IMG/VR virus record: IMGVR_UViG_2917849834_000001
Coordinates: 1 to 31,556 of that record
DNA: 31,556 bases
Reading direction: 5' to 3' (one strand)
Source of the DNA: a virus
Lineage: Duplodnaviria > Heunggongvirae > Uroviricota > Caudoviricetes
Positions 26,909 to 31,556 of this stretch are shown piece by piece (the stretch's first letter is position 1; each line of letters begins with the position of its first letter). The notes under the pieces were generated by a model. It was given only the letters and a program-made list of their open reading frames with translations, was not told where the DNA came from and did not search any database. Position numbers and translations under genes: made by a program.

Positions 26909-29900
26909 CAATAACCTGCGTCTGCAGGTGATTCTGAATGCGGTTGACAAGCTCACCCGCCCATTTCGATCCGCGCAGGCCAGTTCAAGAGAACTGGCTG
27001 CTGCTGTCAAAAAATCCCGCGATGCAATAAAGCAGCTTGATCAGGCCGGGAGCAGTCTGGACAGCTTCCGAAAGCTGCAGGCAGAAAATCAGAAATTAGG
27101 CGACAGGCTGAACTATGCCCGCCAGCGTGCAAATTTACTCAGTCATGAACTGGGATCAATGGGGCCGCCTTCGCAACGTCAGGTTGTTGCTCTGGGCCGT
27201 CAACGGCTGGCTGTTCAGCGCCTGGAAGAACGCCAGAAAAAGCTGCAGCAGCAGACGGCGCTTGTGCGTGCAGAACTTTATCGTGCTGGTATTTCAGCTA
27301 ATGATGGCGCCAGTGCGACGGCCCGCATTACCCGTGAAACGATGCGTTATAACAGGCAGCTTTCTGAGCAGGAAGCGAGGTTACGACGTGTCGGGGAGCA
27401 ACAGCGAAAAATGCACGCCGCCCGGGGGGCTTACGCCAGGCGTCTTGAAGTAAGGGATCGGATTGCAGGTGCCGGAGCCACCACCACGGCTGCAGGGCTG
27501 GCAATGGGCGCACCAGTGATGGCGGCAGTAAAAAGCTATACCAGCATGGAAGATGCCATGAAAGGTGTGGCAAAGCAGGTCAATGGTCTGCGTGACGATA
27601 ATGGCAACCGCACTGCGCGTTTTTATGAAATGCAGGATGCCATCAAGGCTGCCAGCGAACAGTTGCCGATGGAAAACGGTGCGGTGGACTTCGCCGCACT
27701 GGTTGAAGGTGGGGCGCGCATGAACGTCGCAAACCCTGACGACAGCTGGGAAGACCAGAAACGTGACCTGCTGGCCTTCGCCAGCACGGCGGCAAAGGCG
27801 GCAACAGCCTTTGAACTGCCAGCGGATGAACTGTCAGAAAGTCTGGGGAAAATCGCCCAGCTCTACAAAATCCCTACCCGCAATATTGAACAGCTCGGTG
27901 ATGCGCTGAACTATCTGGATGATAACGCCATGTCGAAAGGAGCGGACATCATTGATGTCATGCAACGCCTGGGCGGTGTGGCTGACCGTCTGGATTATCG
28001 TAAAGCGGCGGCGCTGGGTTCCACCTTCCTGACACTGGGCGCTGCGCCGGAGGTTGCAGCCAGTGCAGCAAACGCGATGGTGCGTGAATTGTCCATTGCC
28101 ACCATGCAAAGTAAGAGTTTCTTTGAAGGAATGAATCTGCTGAAACTCAATCCTGAAGTGATTGAAAAGCAGATGACGAAGGATGCGATGGGAACTATCC
28201 AGCGTGTGCTGGAGAAGGTGAACGCACTGCCGCAGGATAAGCGTCTGTCTGCCATGACCATGTTGTTTGGTAAAGAGTTTGGCGATGACGCGGCGAAACT
28301 GGCAAACAACCTGCCGGAACTGCAGCGCCAGCTAAAACTGACAGCGGGCAATGATGCGCTCGGCTCCATGCAGAAAGAATCCGACATTAACAAGGATTCA
28401 CTTTCTGCGCAGTGGTTGCTGGTCAAAACCGGAGCGCAGAACACCTTCAGCAGCCTGGGCGAAACGCTGCGCCAGCCGCTGATGGATATTCTGTACACGG
28501 TGAAAAGCGTCACGGGGGCGTTGCGCCGCTGGGTGGAAGCTAACCCGGAACTGACGGGCACACTGATGAAAGTAGCAGCGGTTGTGGCTGCGGTGACAGT
28601 GGGCCTCGGCACCTTAGCGGTGGTGTTGGCTGCAGTGCTGGGGCCGCTGGCAGTGATCCGTCTGGGATTCTCTGTGCTGGGTATCAAAACGTTACCTTCC
28701 GTTACGGATGCAGTAACACGAACCAGCAGCGCGTTGTCCGGGTTGGCAGGCGCGCCACTGGCAGTGCTTCGACGCGGGCTTGCTTCATCGGGGAGCACTG
28801 CGGGTTTACTTACTGCGCCGTTGTCGTCTTTGCGCCGCACGGCATCACTGACGGGGAATGTCCTGAAAACTGTAGCAGGTGCGCCGGTTGCACTATTGCG
28901 GTCTGGATTATCCGGTTTACGTGCTGTTGCTGTGATGTTTATGAATCCTCTGGCAGCACTACGCGGCGGGCTGACTGCCACAGGCGCGGTGCTTCGTGTG
29001 CTGGCATCCGGTCCGCTGGCGATGCTGCGCGTGGCCCTGTATGCCATATCTGGTCTGTTAGGTGCTCTGCTCAGTCCGATAGGTCTTGTGGTTACTGCAC
29101 TGGCAGGCGTGGCGCTGGTTGTCTGGAAATACTGGCAACCCATCACCGCATTTCTCGGTGGCGTGGTGGAAGGATTCAAAGCAGCGGCTGGTCCCATCAG
29201 TGCCGCATTCGAACCACTTAAGCCTGTGTTCCAGTGGATTGGAGACAAAGTGCAGGCGCTGTGGGGCTGGTTTACTGACCTGCTGACGCCTGTTAAGTCG
29301 ACCTCTGCCGAACTGCAGAGTGCAGCGGCAATGGGGCGACGATTCGGGGAGGCACTGGCGGAAGGGCTGAATATGGTCATGCATCCGCTGGACTCGCTGA
29401 AATCCGGCGTTTCCTGGTTGCTGGAGAAACTCGGCATTGTCAGTAAAGAGGCTGCAAAAGCGAAACTGCCGGAAAGCGTGACGCGTCAGCAACCTGCGAC
29501 GGTGAATGCAGACGGTAAAGTGATGATGCCATCGGGTGGTTTTCCGTCATGGGGATATGGCTTTGCGGGGATGTATGACAGCGGCGGGTATATCCCGCGC
29601 GGGCAGTTCGGCATTGTCGGTGAAAACGGGCCTGAAATTGTTAACGGTCCGGCAAACGTGACCAGCCGGAGAAATACAGCTGCACTGGCTGCGGTTGTTG
29701 CCGGAATGATGGGTGTTGCTGCCGCGCCAGCAGAGCTTCCACCGTTGCACCCTTTGGCACTTCCCGCGAAAGGCGGCGAAGCGATGGTGAGTCGCGCAGC
29801 TGCTGTGCCGCCCGTTCACCGGATTGAGGCACCGACGCAGATCATCATCCAGACGCAGCCAGGACAAAGTGCGCAGGATATTGCGCGGGAGGTGGCACGC

Positions 29901-29978
29901 CAGCTTGATGAACGTGAACGCAGACTGAAGGCAAAGGCCAGGAGTAACTACAGCGATCAGGGGGGATACGACGCATGA
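26901..29978 (+). CDS. T: Tail tape measure protein (P2 gpT)
   Basis: 1025-aa ORF with coiled-coil N-terminal part and Ala/Gly/Leu-rich hydrophobic repeats in the middle, after the E/E' chaperone genes. Confidence 0.88.
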   Translation: MSDNNLRLQVILNAVDKLTRPFRSAQASSRELAAAVKKSRDAIKQLDQAGSSLDSFRKLQAENQKLGDRLNYARQRANLLSHELGSMGPPSQRQVVALGRQRLAVQRLEERQKKLQQQTALVRAELYRAGISANDGASATARITRETMRYNRQLSEQEARLRRVGEQQRKMHAARGAYARRLEVRDRIAGAGATTTAAGLAMGAPVMAAVKSYTSMEDAMKGVAKQVNGLRDDNGNRTARFYEMQDAIKAASEQLPMENGAVDFAALVEGGARMNVANPDDSWEDQKRDLLAFASTAAKAATAFELPADELSESLGKIAQLYKIPTRNIEQLGDALNYLDDNAMSKGADIIDVMQRLGGVADRLDYRKAAALGSTFLTLGAAPEVAASAANAMVRELSIATMQSKSFFEGMNLLKLNPEVIEKQMTKDAMGTIQRVLEKVNALPQDKRLSAMTMLFGKEFGDDAAKLANNLPELQRQLKLTAGNDALGSMQKESDINKDSLSAQWLLVKTGAQNTFSSLGETLRQPLMDILYTVKSVTGALRRWVEANPELTGTLMKVAAVVAAVTVGLGTLAVVLAAVLGPLAVIRLGFSVLGIKTLPSVTDAVTRTSSALSGLAGAPLAVLRRGLASSGSTAGLLTAPLSSLRRTASLTGNVLKTVAGAPVALLRSGLSGLRAVAVMFMNPLAALRGGLTATGAVLRVLASGPLAMLRVALYAISGLLGALLSPIGLVVTALAGVALVVWKYWQPITAFLGGVVEGFKAAAGPISAAFEPLKPVFQWIGDKVQALWGWFTDLLTPVKSTSAELQSAAAMGRRFGEALAEGLNMVMHPLDSLKSGVSWLLEKLGIVSKEAAKAKLPESVTRQQPATVNADGKVMMPSGGFPSWGYGFAGMYDSGGYIPRGQFGIVGENGPEIVNGPANVTSRRNTAALAAVVAGMMGVAAAPAELPPLHPLALPAKGGEAMVSRAAAVPPVHRIEAPTQIIIQTQPGQSAQDIAREVARQLDERERRLKAKARSNYSDQGGYDA

Positions 29979-30459
29979 TGATGGTGCTGGGATTGTACGT
30001 GTTTATGCTGCGCACCGTACCGTATCAGGAGCTGCAGTATCAACGCAGCTGGCGACATGCGGCAAACAGTCGGGTAAATCGTCGTCCGTCCACGCAGTTT
30101 CTGGGACCGGACAACGACATGCTGACGCTTTCCGGTGTTCTTATGCCGGAGATAACAGGCGGCAGGCTGTCGTTGCTGGCACTGGAGCAGATGGCAGAAC
30201 AGGGGAAAGCATGGCCCCTGATTGAAGGCAGCGGCACGATTTACGGCATGTATGTGATTGAGGGACTGAATCAGACTAAAACGGAGTTTTCCGCGACGGT
30301 ATGCCGCGCCGGATTGAGTTCACCCTGTCGCTCAAACGGGTGGATGAATCCCTGTCCGATATGTTCGGTGATCTCAGTGCGCAGCTGAATAATCTGCAGG
30401 ACACGGCAACATCTGCATTAAGCGATATCAGTAAAACGGTGGGAGGGCTGCTGTCGTGA
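29975..30459 (+). pseudogene. U: Tail protein U (P2 gpU) with an apparent -1 frameshift (single-base deletion) at the T4 run 30287-30290
   Basis: Frame starting 29975 matches P2 gpU N-terminal half (WPLIEGSGTIYGMYVI) then ends at 30388; the -1 frame from about 30280 encodes the conserved C-terminal part (PRRIEFTLSLKRVDESL) and ends with a TGA overlapping the D start (GTGA, 30456-30459). Confidence 0.6.
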
Positions 30460-31556
30460 ATTTCAGCTCTGAACTGCTTAACAAAGGCAACAAAACTCCG
30501 GCATTCAGCATCAGTATTGAGGGCAGGGATATCACCACTGTGCTGGACAACCGCCTGATGGGGCTGACGCTGACGGATAACCGGGGCTTTGAAGCGGACC
30601 AGCTTGATCTGGAACTGGATGATGCCGATGGAAAAATCGTGCTGCCGCGTCGTGGTGCGGTCATTACGCTGGCGCTGGGATGGAAAGGGCAGCCACTTTT
30701 CCCGAAAGGGGCATTCACGGTGGATGAAATTGAACACACTGGCGCACCGGACCGCCTGACTATCCGGGCGCGAAGTGCTGATTTTCGGGAAACGCTGAAT
30801 ACCCGCCGTGAAAAATCGTGGCACAAGACCACTGTCGGGGAAGTGGTGAAGGAAATAGCTGCGCGGCACAAACTGAAGATGGCTCTGGGTAAAGACCTGT
30901 CTGATAAACCCGTGGATCATATAGACCAGACTAATGAGAGTGATGGCAGTTTTCTGATGCGGCTGGCGCGCCAGTACGGTGCTATTGCGTCGGTGAAAAA
31001 TGGCAATCTGTTATTTATCCGGCAGGGACAGGGTAAAAGTGCCAGCGGTAAACCACTGCCGGTGATCACTATCACACGTAAGGACGGCGACAGTCACCGC
31101 TTTACCCTGGCAGATCGCGGAGCCTACACGGGCGTCATTGCCAGCTGGTTGCATACCCGCGAACCCGCGAAGAAAGAAAACACTACGGTGAAGCGTAAGC
31201 GCAGGACCAAGAAGCCGAAGAAAGAGCCGGAAGCGAAGCAGGGCGATTACCTGGTGGGTACGGATGAAAACGTGCTGGTACTTAATCGCACTTATGCCAA
31301 CCGGAGCAACGCTGAACGGGCAGCGAAAATGCAGTGGGAACGCCTGCAACGCGGTGTTGCGTCATTCTCGCTACAACTGGCGGAAGGGCGGGCAGATCTC
31401 TACACGGAAATGCCTGTGAAGGTCATTGGCTTTAAACAGCCGATAGATGATGCGGAATGGACTATTACGACTCTGACACATACCGTCAGCCCGGATAACG
31501 GTTTTACGACCAGTCTGGAGCTTGAAGTGAAGATTGACGGTCTTGAAATGGAATAA
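30456..31556 (+). CDS. D: Tail protein D (P2 gpD, late-control/tail formation)
   Basis: 366 aa (P2 D is about 387), GTG start overlapping the U stop; stop codon at the window end. Confidence 0.85.
   Translation: MNFSSELLNKGNKTPAFSISIEGRDITTVLDNRLMGLTLTDNRGFEADQLDLELDDADGKIVLPRRGAVITLALGWKGQPLFPKGAFTVDEIEHTGAPDRLTIRARSADFRETLNTRREKSWHKTTVGEVVKEIAARHKLKMALGKDLSDKPVDHIDQTNESDGSFLMRLARQYGAIASVKNGNLLFIRQGQGKSASGKPLPVITITRKDGDSHRFTLADRGAYTGVIASWLHTREPAKKENTTVKRKRRTKKPKKEPEAKQGDYLVGTDENVLVLNRTYANRSNAERAAKMQWERLQRGVASFSLQLAEGRADLYTEMPVKVIGFKQPIDDAEWTITTLTHTVSPDNGFTTSLELEVKIDGLEME

Noticed and set aside
27995-29437. 480-aa ORF on the minus strand
   Set aside because: Lies entirely antisense within the tape-measure gene; low-complexity Ala/Ser/Thr/Pro-rich translation typical of an antisense frame; no RBS or context.
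30276-30920. 214-aa minus-strand ORF
   Set aside because: Antisense to tail genes U and D, whose identities are well supported.
1-31556. CRISPR array or other tandem direct-repeat array
   Set aside because: No regularly spaced short direct repeats seen; the only repeats are the tail-fibre coding repeats and short hairpins.

Overview
The window is almost entirely a 186/P2-like (Peduovirus-type) prophage, read from its integrase-proximal attachment junction through tail gene D. All calls are from reading the sequence and ORF translations by eye; no searches or computations were run, and motif coordinates may be off by a few nt. Layout: a fragment of an IS-type transposase (1-405, -), a 45-nt copy of the tmRNA (ssrA) 3' end marking the att core (610-654), then int and a 186-type CI repressor (-), a rightward early operon (Apl/Cox-like, CII-like, small ORFs, TraR/DksA, DUF3850-like, Dam methylase, replication protein A), an AT-rich cargo locus (SOS box, small ORF, DinI-like ORF, GIY-YIG-like protein), a terminator and cos-like site, then the packaging, head, lysis and tail genes in P2 order (Q, P, O, N, M, L, X, holin, endolysin, LysA/B/C, R, S, V, W, J, I, H, G, cargo, FI, FII, E/E', T, U, D). 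The most interesting candidate is the 259-aa GIY-YIG-like protein with a possible B3-like C-terminal domain at 8688-9467, in the position where P2 carries old/tin. A second cargo gene is an acyltransferase-3 membrane protein at 23481-24491. Two essential tail genes look damaged: I has an in-frame TAA and U has a -1 frameshift in a T run, so the prophage may be defective unless these are sequencing errors. No CRISPR array, rRNA or complete tRNA/tmRNA gene was seen.
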